From: a virus
Lineage: Duplodnaviria > Caudoviricetes
DNA: 64,000 nt
Virus record (IMG/VR): IMGVR_UViG_3300037507_003370
Coordinates: 32,001 to 96,000 of that record
Strand: one strand, 5' to 3'
Part shown: in pieces, positions 27,501 to 35,400 of the stretch
Layout of the letters: every line of letters starts with the position of its first letter
Numbering within the stretch: the stretch's first letter is position 1
The notes under the pieces: generated by a model
Seen by the model: the letters and a program-made list of their open reading frames with translations, nothing else
Told to the model about the DNA's origin: nothing
The model's database searches: none
Position numbers and translations under genes: made by a program

Positions 27501-29487
27501 ATCATATAAGGACGATAATAGTCCTAAAGATAATCCTTTTTCTAAACGCCTATATAATAGATATGAAAAAGATCTAAAGAAATTTACTAAAAAAGTTACT
27601 TTACAAGCACCAGACAGAAACAAAAAAGGAGATAAGCCATGGGAAAGAGACTATGATGACACTGGAGCTGGATTAGAAAGAACATATTGGGACAATGCTA
27701 AATTAGCTTCTGATGCCGGATTTGTTCAAACTGTTTTATCAGAACAAGAAGGTAAAATAGATGATAGAAGAGCAAGAACTCTTTTAAGTTATCGTAGAGG
27801 ATATAAAAAAGATTCGGTACAACCAGAAGAACAAGCAATTTTAGATGCTTATGGTACAATGGTAGACAAAAAAGGAAGAGAAGACATAGCATTTGATCTT
27901 ACAACAGGAGGAGCTAACGAAGCTAAAGCGCCAACAACTTTTACTGGTCCTGGCGGCGTTTATGAACAAATGATGGATCAATATCAAGTTATGCAAATTG
28001 GCAGACGTTCTATGCTAAGAGCATTAATAGAAGATAGAGCAAGATCCAATTTTGATGCTCCAAATTTTGAAAATTCTGGATACGAAGAGTGGTGGGAAGA
28101 TATGTCAAATGATCTCGAATATATTGAAGAATATTTATCTGCTAGAGATTATATGTTATTGAAAGCAACCTCTTCTGCAGAATTGTATAATCCTGCTGTT
28201 GGAGCAGCAGTACAAGCGAAAATAAGTCAAGTGTCTGGAGGTTTACCAGACTTTTTATTAAATGCTATGCCAGGACTAACAGGAGGAGCAGACTATAATT
28301 CGTTATATGGAACAGTCGTAGACAACATGGCTCTTTCGGCGCAAGAGTTTGTAGATTCTATAACTGGCCCAAGACCAGTTGATCCGAGTAACCCAACACT
28401 TGGAACACTAACAGATGATCAAGCTCAGAGAGTTAATGAGCTTAGAAAATTAATAGCTACAGAATTTGGCCAAACAAGAGATATAAAACCAAGCGTTTAT
28501 ACTCAAGAAATTTTTGATATGTATAAAACATACATTGAAGACAATTATAATAATGCTAATAAAGCATATAGCAAATTAAATGAAGGAACTATGTTGCAAC
28601 CTCCCAATGAGATTTGGGATCGTAGCGATTTAGTTGTTCTAGCAGACAAAGCTTCGGCTAATAGTCCAAATACTTTTAGAGCATTTTATTTAGCTTCTGT
28701 TGGTGCTGGTAAAAACTTAGCAGAACTTAAAAAAGACGAGATGCAGGGATTTGGAGGACTATTACCTAGTGCTCAAAAGGGTGCCGAAGCATTAGGAATG
28801 TCCTCTGCCGAACCAGATAAAAAGAGCCAACCTCAAACCAGAGCTTCTGGAGGATTGATATATAATCAAAGTTACAAGCCGAATAATATTGATTGGTCAG
28901 CAAAAGGCACAGACACTGTTCCTGCAATGTTAACACCAGGAGAATTTGTAATTAACAAAGATTCTAGTCAAAGATACATGCCTATTTTAGAAGCTATTAA
29001 TCAAGGAAACTATACTCAGGGCAATATTGTTCAGTATGCTAGCAGAGGAGGAACAATAAGACCAATATACAGAAACATGGGTGGTATTGTAGGAGGAAAC
29101 CAACAGCAAGGTGTATTAAATTCATATATTGGATTGGATGAAAAATCTATAGCAGCTTTAAGGGACTTTACGGCCAAATTTGATCAATTTGCTAAACAGC
29201 TTTTGGAACTTAGACTACCAACTATTGGAATTGATAGCACTAGCTTGGGAGCATTAACTACATTTAGTAATAGGTTTGATGAATTTAGCAAGAGTTTGCT
29301 CAAATTGAATATACCGCCGGTGATTACGATAAACGCAAAACATGATGTTAACGTCAATATTAATGGAGCTAGTGTGTTTAACAATCTCAATGCCTATGTT
29401 AGCGATATAGTAAAGAGCGAAATTGATAAAGCATTTAGTCAATTAGCTAAGGTTTCCGAAAATGCTATTAATTTGTATGGGTCATAA
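15541..29487 (+). CDS. Giant tape measure protein with embedded enzyme-like domains (4648 aa)
   Basis: N-terminal TP901-type TMP core (FDRQLVRLTQITG...LAQAG...SAFAVES.DI...). Long Ala/Gln-rich helical regions, glycine-zipper hydrophobic segments and four DTVPA(M/L)LTPGEFV motifs. Canonical position after tube and chaperones. Confidence 0.9.
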   Translation: MARAFNLTAELNLRGPSNLRPVINDIRRQLGNITANVNVRIDRNAQRSIDTANASLQRLNTTLAATAANAVRANANINTLAGTINNLRNALNGAGNGLRDLTTNVGAAARDVTAAARATRAATSEMEEFGRQAGLAVRRFAAFSVSTSVIYGLVNAVTSATREFIDFDRQLVRLTQITGESYKSLGRITDTITDLSTNLGVSSSSLITIADTLAQAGLSAGETEKALRALALTALAPSFDDLNETVEGSIALMRQFGISAGQLQSALGSVNSVAAAFAVESSDIITAIQRTGGVFASASKGVSEGTDALNEFIAVFTSVRATTRESAETIATGLRTIFTRIQREGTIEALKEYGVNLQDVEGKFVGAYKAVQLLSEGLNSLDPRDVKFSRIVEELGGFRQIGKVLPLIQQFGTAQQALAVAQRGSSSLTLDAVKAQQSLAVQFTKTRENFVALIREIGQSNSFQNLVKLGLTLTNVLIRLADVAQPLLPIITAIAAVRGGRALTNFIGGFIGGLRPGVGGDAGGGGGGGGAGGGGGGRGGRGGGGGGGGGRDDFRSSLQDVTTSLDSLQGSIDPLTNAIQALSTNSIAGLVSQISVLNTSVVDLNATIVSRPGGTGFARGGLVPGQGNRDTVPAMLTPGEFVIRKKAVETLGADQLYGMNKYSNGGSIRSGNRLRRQRFAKGGKAAKLASIDGDFRAVDGDTFDATVTPTGDQFTARFRVAEFDTYETRGKSSLVSTDRAKKIMSLNPKEPPLQESSGRYKVPKNYRVTSRNETAATAAAEATKQLQSKLDQFVGTAAADKTVPGGGGVGRYLAKTGFSIDDEYTTGRKWDEDGNELNIGGIVKKFALGGKVRRNVGYIDYDVIANEANKSIVEKGMSELGVTGPRLYTDALTKLAVSSRKAGDLDKLKAIYGVAGSGKTTLARGQGTDKGSLRETTRFPILGPDDIKKANEILILSSSVSKSKMEDFFTEVDRVYALSSSTKSEQEKVMAQRLGRDISGIGLEGRAPGTTGSASSDTTVGEALLSQLGKKSVVLGRGDSGNLRRKQGQELVEVIKKKLAFTWGGFAPTTAGHESIMDAAAAMGFAPEDFIALVGANEGIKAGDPSSYRTAVFDQDFRVLLAKAGFGAKGATVLPKPRDFEVPQGFDISEGTGRRKVILPQKGSRAFVADKTPEQMAKYKDAGYDVTNLERTGGISGTMVRDLIMSGKIDQLQDVLSPGVYDIISKNLPILQNRANVLPEIIKQVQASQQSSVDAVEKQITDIGIKRINRKQAESDPEYAAKIALLEELRKKKTKLQSAGAFEPYRLLDKLASDQPDKYGLKFAQGGLIQKFMAGEMVQKLPAPARKIIDALGGLEPAAKIGGVRSTEILEILKKKVVNQSQKTIQDKILAQYAEVIGAEQQAMDQAMKFGLVGLFGETKVGTNDQGRTIYDPKWDYSKQFGPEDIGGRNTTIIARGLRSQYAEAVYQMQREIFGVNENFARNLETAGGFGAQSLANIQGPAVKAGQAGIEGAMIELVLARLGAPLRENAPANRPIDYPDGLGDAAKFFGIDPDMPTEVKRTINGDSLARTREEIERYYKEVLQVFATGGKVKLYHGSNTGINDSVLNSFKEKGALSNIAKGYGQGEGFYLYTEKNKAQQQANMRVNGGSNFTVAQGDRSGKPMVLTFNEQLSPKDYDLDYELQKGLVVQWMHDNYDTLKDKYAPTENQTGLKGKFDKNPDAGMMSVGVSIQEGSQTLKSEDGTEFTLPGGSRKSIYAGSGGDVREGALLGQLMSRIQSGDPELVNSFESKLFEKPLGLALKYVGSSPLKPSNIETFADGGSVEGQKKEKNFGKIGIKNNGSEIIAAYLGTKDRSGMVSAKKMADNLYTVGLSKASEGYGPKLYDIVMEAATANGGMLAPDRNIVSDAAKGVWSYYFNNRSDVRKTPLDRNQWTQNSALIDPKLLGDKNTWPPYSDPAWILQSGYSKNSELLNSSDIVNLNDDKYKSFLQSQQLSFFAQGGSVEDTVPALLTPGEFVINKKAAQKIGYGKLKKLNHADKIQGYNRGGIVHRFADGDVVPPSGPGSGGDSDPTIRDLMERIRQLSEVIDRLSATVRDSSDTRERTPAERPERRPRTREEILDRYGSRVINNSFRSMDRFTTRLNVLTGVVGVAANFLAETIGEKSAVGAVVQSFANSITTASGTVYSAAGAIKGAYEVLPEGVQELVRQRIGSFTAGGGFGTTGVQAAGGAAAGLAIAAATIYAGIEAFKAYNDAIRKQTEEIAKNNMTQGLEEFDKALELYTKNTTDNAFALKVAGEQLAKATSAALTIVNLNKTNPDRGYASIIGENIGTVGGGLVGGAVGGATAGATIGTVIFPGVGTVIGALLGTAIGATAGYASDQAVAYFSGRGGQEQISQRSEIANRFGTGAYTQSLFDSNTQTNLSRSLASVQAAETAATLTPVRQRQDQYFEQLFKSGVSESEIQSAPEWQQQAELIARSNAATEEQLRLIDADLSVSKELRDAKKQEIIASTASAELRKQAEQVRIQREQERAADESKSYMVSLERSFQNMEQAMDSTSYSIDKLRSSAELSAAALQGQAKIGKVTLDAIDVIRNPNVASRQEKTQAYGLAGSLMGSQGKSVTGLLEYGSNIEGRILSSINNALAENSKGSSEKIGAAVNRSVANEIEGLDIGDSLKQKLASQTSAAVSKMRTDGDEKIDFDDLADKVPGLAKVVDATKRAQEMAVKRLEFFQQSLNEYSESINSLAELQYNIGERLRRVNNLRIKSEEDLSRALGKSTSFEATKSNVRSNVQSLAGTTDPRQIFENLANLEQQRQQQQSRVTSAANRGAVQEYVVMTNQLKTTTLQMRENHAALKELAESSDVASAALNKINDIQQQNAARTNILERYVTSTPQEQNQLSSAFERLQNNMDGATNSMWDSVNVQKAYRDSLTSGSTQAEAMNKAQEAAAQDRKETLDAFNMIAPLLGDQQNELKANVLESMMRESGVQMSPLFEKALQGLRNPERDPQMDAAIKEYQEANRLQQEANVYLAMLDGKVAQDMATKSDELLRTSLATVTQKFELAESSDVKNKINSIDSRLRDGIKVFPQGNIGGGSSDDVTTAAKGGYITYKAVGGSIFKPKGTDTVPAMLTPGEFVVNRSATQKHGSLLESINSGQFAKGGKVTYRAAGGIVGDVKSPHLKDFSDPYEDLRGQPLTGSFFSKLGSSDDVAKNLLDLEQGFGALQGYQASAYPTFNNSGSTADGLDKQSTTKWIKDNRSPTGGKLGWFPDLTVFHGSAGNLGYLPIFWGANAIAGATGATVTANRKSLQKQMVTKDLLDLGNPDIFDVLNDRSASGKGPRARTTLLSEDQAKLQKEKLTSIFDQVDKGLSDVKQKEINLSKDGGAINSAANIGQYGASFRKYGLILGSSIPDKYMGLSFNKPNTSIDQSLVGGNLSEPSFSVTKYGYATSSTSPLANSTNTAVISGGIQTIPTEDQLKSFTDKYKSVIQVEEWRAYIDKLDKDKSRSTTPIEEQTNARNKALRKLINNQITHIQLKEEDLSDEFKKMAGIDGDFEKLDVYSEAFKGRWPNTESMKTNFGIKDEDLKKYWQTGANDKLFTLQYSKKLRNLLTGAEFDQQYTKGLPWSWGENSIFTAETMEAVKKEMALSSGASSFKVIPKVFSKSYTDTRDPNQYTAKIKFPYDSLSSLLFDKDSMDYTAQSLTALVPWWENQQKIDPFSINPFVGLAQPNAVIPAYQDEKSMEKFVKYWVEKEIFNKPSIYLPLSPIKLPTALDKFVGSVNNTTQFDREVTDSEGGKNFEQGNYVPENAEVADISNALFKKYEYIYAKRSQDTSANNESKLRENLLQYNLASSLGKSLLKKDGLKLPLWDPDQAFVTADPVWQAVKDTAPDLGVDGYRNAAEWKRSYILAAAGTIADPPDKIKADEDIFPAQNYIAWIRAKTVEAYSANEESQDKYKQSGGVNISSLGKLVSAWRFMEESRTAGGSATSYKDDNSPKDNPFSKRLYNRYEKDLKKFTKKVTLQAPDRNKKGDKPWERDYDDTGAGLERTYWDNAKLASDAGFVQTVLSEQEGKIDDRRARTLLSYRRGYKKDSVQPEEQAILDAYGTMVDKKGREDIAFDLTTGGANEAKAPTTFTGPGGVYEQMMDQYQVMQIGRRSMLRALIEDRARSNFDAPNFENSGYEEWWEDMSNDLEYIEEYLSARDYMLLKATSSAELYNPAVGAAVQAKISQVSGGLPDFLLNAMPGLTGGADYNSLYGTVVDNMALSAQEFVDSITGPRPVDPSNPTLGTLTDDQAQRVNELRKLIATEFGQTRDIKPSVYTQEIFDMYKTYIEDNYNNANKAYSKLNEGTMLQPPNEIWDRSDLVVLADKASANSPNTFRAFYLASVGAGKNLAELKKDEMQGFGGLLPSAQKGAEALGMSSAEPDKKSQPQTRASGGLIYNQSYKPNNIDWSAKGTDTVPAMLTPGEFVINKDSSQRYMPILEAINQGNYTQGNIVQYASRGGTIRPIYRNMGGIVGGNQQQGVLNSYIGLDEKSIAALRDFTAKFDQFAKQLLELRLPTIGIDSTSLGALTTFSNRFDEFSKSLLKLNIPPVITINAKHDVNVNINGASVFNNLNAYVSDIVKSEIDKAFSQLAKVSENAINLYGS
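17089..17190 (+). repeat. Poly-glycine hinge in TMP
   Basis: GVGGDAGGGGGGGGAGGGGGGRGGRGGGGGGGGG, encoded with mixed GGN codons. Confidence 0.9.
17590..18048 (+). other. Staphylococcal nuclease (thermonuclease)-like domain within TMP
   Basis: VDGDT (17632-17646), R-x4-D-x2-E (RVAEFDTYE, 17695-17721) and GRYLA (17968-17982). Confidence 0.7.
18091..18700 (+). other. P-loop NTPase/kinase-like domain within TMP
   Basis: AIYGVAGSGKTT Walker A (18277-18303) after a hydrophobic strand. Confidence 0.7.
18700..19260 (+). other. HIGH-superfamily nucleotidyltransferase (cytidylyltransferase/NMNAT-like) domain within TMP
   Basis: AFTWGGFAPTTAGH (18718-18759; G-x-F-x-P-x-T/H-x-G-H) and ISGTMVRDLI..G......LSPGVYDII (from 19123), matching the C-terminal ISST.IR motif. 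Confidence 0.75.
20040..20280 (+). other. PD-(D/E)xK nuclease-like domain within TMP
   Basis: Helix with E (GAMIE, E at 20086), PIDY (D at 20149) and TEVKRT (EVK at 20212-20220). Confidence 0.5.
20311..20985 (+). other. ADP-ribosyltransferase-like (H-Y class) domain within TMP
   Basis: KLYHGS (LYHGS at 20320-20334) and YGQGEGFYLYT..KA (GEGFYLYT at 20416-20439). Confidence 0.6.
21004..21525 (+). other. GNAT acetyltransferase-like domain within TMP
   Basis: LYTVGLSKASEGYGPKLYD (motif A-like GYG, 21172-21195) then LAPDR.IVSDAAKGVW. Confidence 0.5.
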
Positions 29488-29492
29488 TAACT

Positions 29493-32400
29493 ATGTATAT
29501 AAAATATTATGATAATGTAGGAGAATTAGGTTCTGTAGCATTAACTAGCAATGTATTGACAACGATCAATCTTCCTAATGGAGAATTTGTTTCTATAGGA
29601 ACAGACTATCGCCCATTTTTTAATTATGTACAACCTGGCGATTTGTTTTATGTTAAAGCATCTCAAACATCAGCATTTACTATATGTCTTGGTAAATATA
29701 ATATAGATGGATTTAATAATAGATCTATAGAAGTATTGCACATAATATCTTCTTATGGTACTTTAAACCCATCTGTAAATACGGAGATTACTATAGAAAA
29801 CAGTAATTCTCTATCAAATAGAATAGCCAGTAATGCTGTTTTTCTTAAAAATATAAATAATTTTGTTCCAGAACTTTTAACATCAGACTATGTAATTTCA
29901 TTAAGCGGTAATATGAATGTTACGCTACCGCCAGCAACTATAAACAATATAAACTTAAAATATGGATTTTTACTAGCAAACAAAAATAATACCACAGATA
30001 ATCTAGTTATATCAGCATCTGGATCAAATAACATATTAACTAAATCTGGTACCTCTAATAGTGTTAGCGTTACTGGTGTTGGAAGTTATGTAGAACTTAT
30101 AGCTGGCTCTGGTGGAACTTGGTATAAACTATTTAGTAATGAAGAAATGTCTGGAGGTGGTTCTAGTCTTGGTATGCCGGTAAAGTCATTACAATACAAC
30201 AATAATAATTCTCAAGCTGGAGCAAAGGCTTATTGGGATGATACATTTAAAACTTTATACTTTGGTGAAACAAATAATGTTACTAATGCCGATGTTGTAA
30301 TAAGCGCTACACAAAATAAGACATCTGGCATATATCCATTTTTACTAAAGCTTAATAATGGAAATTATTTTGCTCTCACAAAAGAAGGAAAAGTAGGGAT
30401 AAACACACCTAGTCTACCTTTGTATGAATCTTCTCCTAATTTTCATGTTGTGGGAAGATGTGCTGTATTCGAAGGTATATGCGGGGCTGGTGGCGTTGCA
30501 CTAACGCTATATAATAATCCAGAAGTAGTTCCGCAATCAGGTAGTTTGGCTGGTACAGTAAATCTATCAGCAAGAAATAGCAATAGAAATGTAGTAAACT
30601 TTGCGCAAGTACAATCAAAAATTCTAAATCCAATCAAAGGACAAACACAAGGACAATTTTTAGTCAATGTGGATGTTTCTGGAGTACCTAAGAATTTACT
30701 AAAACTAGACAATAGTAATGTTGTACTAGGTTCGAATGAAGTAGATTCATCTGCTAATTCTATAGTGCTAGGCAAAAATAATAATACTGATAATCTCAAA
30801 AATTCTGCTATAGTCGGAAACGATAATAGCATTGCAAATGCAAATAATGTATTTGTATTAGGTTCTGGAAATAGTATAGATTTTATAAAAAATAGTGTGA
30901 AATTTGTTCTTTCTGAACCAAATGTTGGAAGTTTCAGCGGTTTGGATTGGGCAGATCTTGATGGTATGGTTTCTGGCGATATTGTTGAAGTAACTAATAA
31001 TGGTTTAAATAATGGCTACTACATAGCTTCAGATAGTATTTGGACTCCATTAGATAATTCCACAGCAATAGCCTATCTTGGAACTTCTAATCTATTAGTT
31101 GGCACAGACAATACTCTCTCTGGAAATAATCTCGTTGTATTTGGAAACAACACTAATGTTAGTGGTAACAATTTAAGCGTATTTGGTAGCTTTAATAATA
31201 TAAGAACCCAAAATATACAAAACATAATTCTGCCAAATAATACATTATTTAATAATGTTACTGTTATTGGAGAGTATAACGACATTGCTTCAAGCGGACT
31301 AATAATTCTAGGAAATCAAAATTCTGCTAGTGGCGTAAACGGAATGCTTCTTGTTGGATCAGAAAACATTTCTACAAGCGGATCTATTAATAGCATCATT
31401 ATTGGAGATAACAATAATTTAATTACTATTTCCGGTATCTCTATAGGAAATAATAATAGTGGAACTCTAATATCTTCAAGTCTTTTTGGTATAAATAACT
31501 CTATTGCACTATCTAATTCTTATCTTTTAGGAAATAATAATAGAGCAACTGGAGTATTAAATAATATTATAGGCTCATCAAACTCTATTGTTTTAAGCTC
31601 TGGTAATATTGTAGGAACTAATAATGTAGCACAAGGTAATTCCATAAATGCATTAGGAAACAATATTAATATATCAGGAGCAAATAATATTTCTGTTGGA
31701 AGCAATGTTAGAGCAACAGGTAATAATAATATTTTAATTGGAAATAATAATACTAATATAGATTTAATAAATAATACAACAATATTATCTAATAATTTTA
31801 ATCATTCTGGTTCAATATCTTCATCTTTTATTTTATCAAACAATGTTTCTATATCTAGTGGAGTTTATACAGATCTAAACATTTTAGGAACCAATAATAC
31901 AGTTAATTCAGGAATAGCAAATGTATTAATTTTAGGAGATAACAATAATTTAAACAATGTTTTTGATCTTACTTGGCCTTCTTTAGCATTTGTCTCTAAT
32001 AATCCTGGCACACAATTTACCAGAATCAATTCTACGCTTCAAGAATTAGAATATTATAAAAATAATGATATTATAGATATTTCTGGAGAAACTCAGTCAG
32101 CATCTGGAATTATTAAACTTGTTTACTTCAATCAAGATACCTCGACATTAACCATAGAGACAGTTTCTGCTATACCGGGAATATCAACAGCAAATATTAA
32201 ATCTAGAACACAGCAAGAAAAATTGATAGAATTTGGGTCCAAACCAATACAAATTATTGGAAATAAAAATACCGCAATTGGAATATCCGGGATCAATCTT
32301 GGATCATCTAACTATTCCAGTGGAAATAGAATTTTCATTCATGGTAATGATAACGAAGTTTTTGGAAATGATATCATTAGCATTGGAAATGGGATATATG

Positions 32401-35400
32401 TTAGTGGAGCAATCAATGCTATATCTATAGGAGAGAATAAAGGAAATCTAACAAACTCTGTAGCAATTGGCTTCAATAATAGCATATACGGAAATGATAC
32501 TATAGCAATAGGAAATTCAAATAAATCTATCAATATTAATGATGTAATAGGAAAAGATAATATTGCAGCTCAAAGTAATATTTCTGTCTTGGGGTCTGGC
32601 AATCAAATAACATACAGATCACAAAGACAAACAGCACTACCAGTAAGCTATGATTTATACAATAGGCCAAATATTCCAACAAGGCTAGACACATCTCACA
32701 TAATTGCCTCTGGATACTACAGTGCTGAGTCTCAAGATTTTTTTACTACCAATATTATACGTTTTTCTATCTTAGACAGAGCAATAATACAATTTTATCA
32801 TGATGAAAAATATATAGGCTCATACACTGGGCTTGTTACTAATTCTCCTCCAAGTGCTGGCAGTACCTCAACCTCTGTATCTTTTGACAGAAGATCACAA
32901 TCGGCCTCTGCCTCAGATCTAGATGCTAATCCGATAACCTTATACGAATATATAACAAGTATATTTCCTGATGTAACTCCATCTCGAATAACTGGATTTT
33001 TATCTTTCGTTTCCAACGATAGCGACGGATCTGTTATAGGAAACGAGAATACTATTGTAGGAACATCAAAAATTTCTGTTGTTGGAAGCAATAATCAATT
33101 CAATGTAGATTCTTATAATACACAGACTACTTCATCTGGTCTTATAGTTGGAGATAATAATAAAGTATTTAATGAGCTGGCAATGACAGCCAGTAGCATA
33201 CAGAATAAATACATTAATGCGAATCCTGTTTTTCAAGGAGCTGTTGGTTTTAATATTAGAAATGCTGATCCTAACTCTATTAAATTTGGCTTTGATACAA
33301 ATACTATTAAGATATTCGATTTATCTGGAAGATCTGACACCAAAATTACCAGTGTTATAGATCCTAATATTAGTCCTCCTCAGACAGAAACATTTTATGC
33401 AGAACAAATAGGAATTAGTGGTTATGCCAGAAGGGGAATCGTATTTAATGCAGATAATATTCAAAATAATTTTTATGTATTAAATAATTCTAGTACTAAA
33501 GATCCTGTTCTTACTGTAGTGTCTAGTGGTACTGGATTTGTTGGAATAAACAATCCGACACCAAGTGTAGATTTGGATATAAAAGGAACATTCGTAGCAG
33601 ATACCGGAACAACTAAATATTTCAGATCTACTAATATAACAATGTCCAGCGGAGCTAAACAAGGATATTTCTTGAGTAGTGTTAATAATGCTGGAGATAT
33701 GGAATGGGTTGGCGGAGTAAAGATTGATGTTAGTGGCATACCTGGAACTTTATTATACTTTAGCGGAATAGCAGGAGCTGGAGGTAAAGTAGAACCAATA
33801 AGCACACAAATAACACAGCCCAACGGAAACTTCCTTTTAAATTTTGTCACATATGAGCCCTCAGGCTCTACTATTAGTAAGAGTGGATTAGTATTTGATC
33901 AATACTATAATATAGATAAATATGCTATTATGACTTTGGATGAACACAGAAGAGCTGTTTTGGGTTATCCAATAGAAGAAACAAGAGATTTAACAACTGT
34001 TAATCCAGGAAAAATTGACTATATACAAAGACTAAAAGATTTGGCGAAAGCCAATAATAAAACAGACGAAGCTCACTATATACCAAGACAATACAATGCT
34101 ATATATTTCATCCCAGAATCTGCACAATATTTAGGATCTATTGATCCAGCACAAATAGCAGATAATTATAAGCTTTCATTAACAAAAGCTGGACAAGCTA
34201 AGGAATCTGTATTTGCTATAGGTAGAAGAAAAATAGATTACAGTCAGCCAACGAATTTGGATAGAGGTGAAGATGTTGATGCTAATAATCCATTCTTCCC
34301 AGGTGGACTATCTGCTCCGCAAGTTATAATATCTACAATTCCTAAAAAAGATCAATTTGGTTCTAATAGTTGGAGAGCTCCTAGATACAAGTATAATCTT
34401 GAAGAACTATACTCTCCTCATCTAGCTCCATATTACGATGATTTTAATGGTCCTGGTATCGGAGACAAATATGATATTATAAAACCAATGACTGGCGACA
34501 ACCTCACTGGTAAAGATTATCAGAGTTGGTGGTATTATGATACCACAAGAACATCCGAAGACGCTGGGTCCAGACCTAAATTTAATACTGTTGGTCTAAC
34601 TTATAGAGTATATGCTACTCAAAAAAGATCTGTAGCAACTGCTTTTAATTTAGGATTAGAAGAAATAGACTTTGTAATATATGGCACAGGGACAAAGCAT
34701 CGTAATAGTGCGGGTATCCCAGATAAACCATCTAAATTCATATTTGGTGGTGACCAAGAATATATGGATTGGGTTAGTACAGGACTAGGTTCCGATATTG
34801 CGGATAGGCCATTCTTGACCAAAGTTCCTGCTTTTTATTTTAATTCTTCTATCAGCTCTTTCATGATTCATACTGATCGTCCCAGTTGGATTCCTTTTAA
34901 ATTACCAGCCGACGTATGCGAACCATGTGACCCTATTCAAAGCGGCATTCAATTTGCAGACCTTACTGTAAGAGGATGGATTGGCACTAGCGGTATCAGA
35001 ATTGGACAGGGCTTTCGTAGGGCACTTGCTCCTGATGCTGATGGTAATTTAGTTCCAGCTATTGACGCTCAAGGCGGGCCGATTTACGAAAGTACCGCTG
35101 GGATGTTTTTAACATCAGATAAATTTGGATTTGCTGTTTGGGAACCTTTAGGAGGAGTATCGTCCACTAATGATACATTAACTTCTAATACGACTCCTAC
35201 TAGTAGTCAGATATTAACAGAAGGTGTTTTAGATAGAATCTCTAATGCTACTATAGAATTCGCATATGAAACAGATAATACAAATGATACAGCAAGGCTG
35301 TACAGAGATAATCTTAGTGTAAGAGACGAAAATCTTTTAAGTAATGCTGCACTAAAACTTAGAGGAGTAACAAGAAATAGTCTTTTATTTGCTAAAAATC

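Larger units (their letters stand above)
17389..29085 (+). repeat. Dispersed FAxGG / DTVPA(M/L)LTPGEFV protein motif repeats in TMP
   Basis: DTVPA(M/L)LTPGEFV(I/V) at 17428, 21553, 24910 and 28912. FAxGG-type pentapeptides at 17389, 17524, 17575, 18076, 19507, 19534, 20296, 20989, 21529, 21667, 21694, 24844, 25009, 25036, 28840, 29035 and 29071. Confidence 0.85.

Noticed and set aside
15541-29487. Intein/Hint domain or peptidoglycan hydrolase explaining the TMP size
   Set aside because: No Hint-type (C...HN) splicing motifs and no lysozyme, transglycosylase, M23 or NlpC motifs were recognised by eye. A profile search would be needed to exclude divergent ones.
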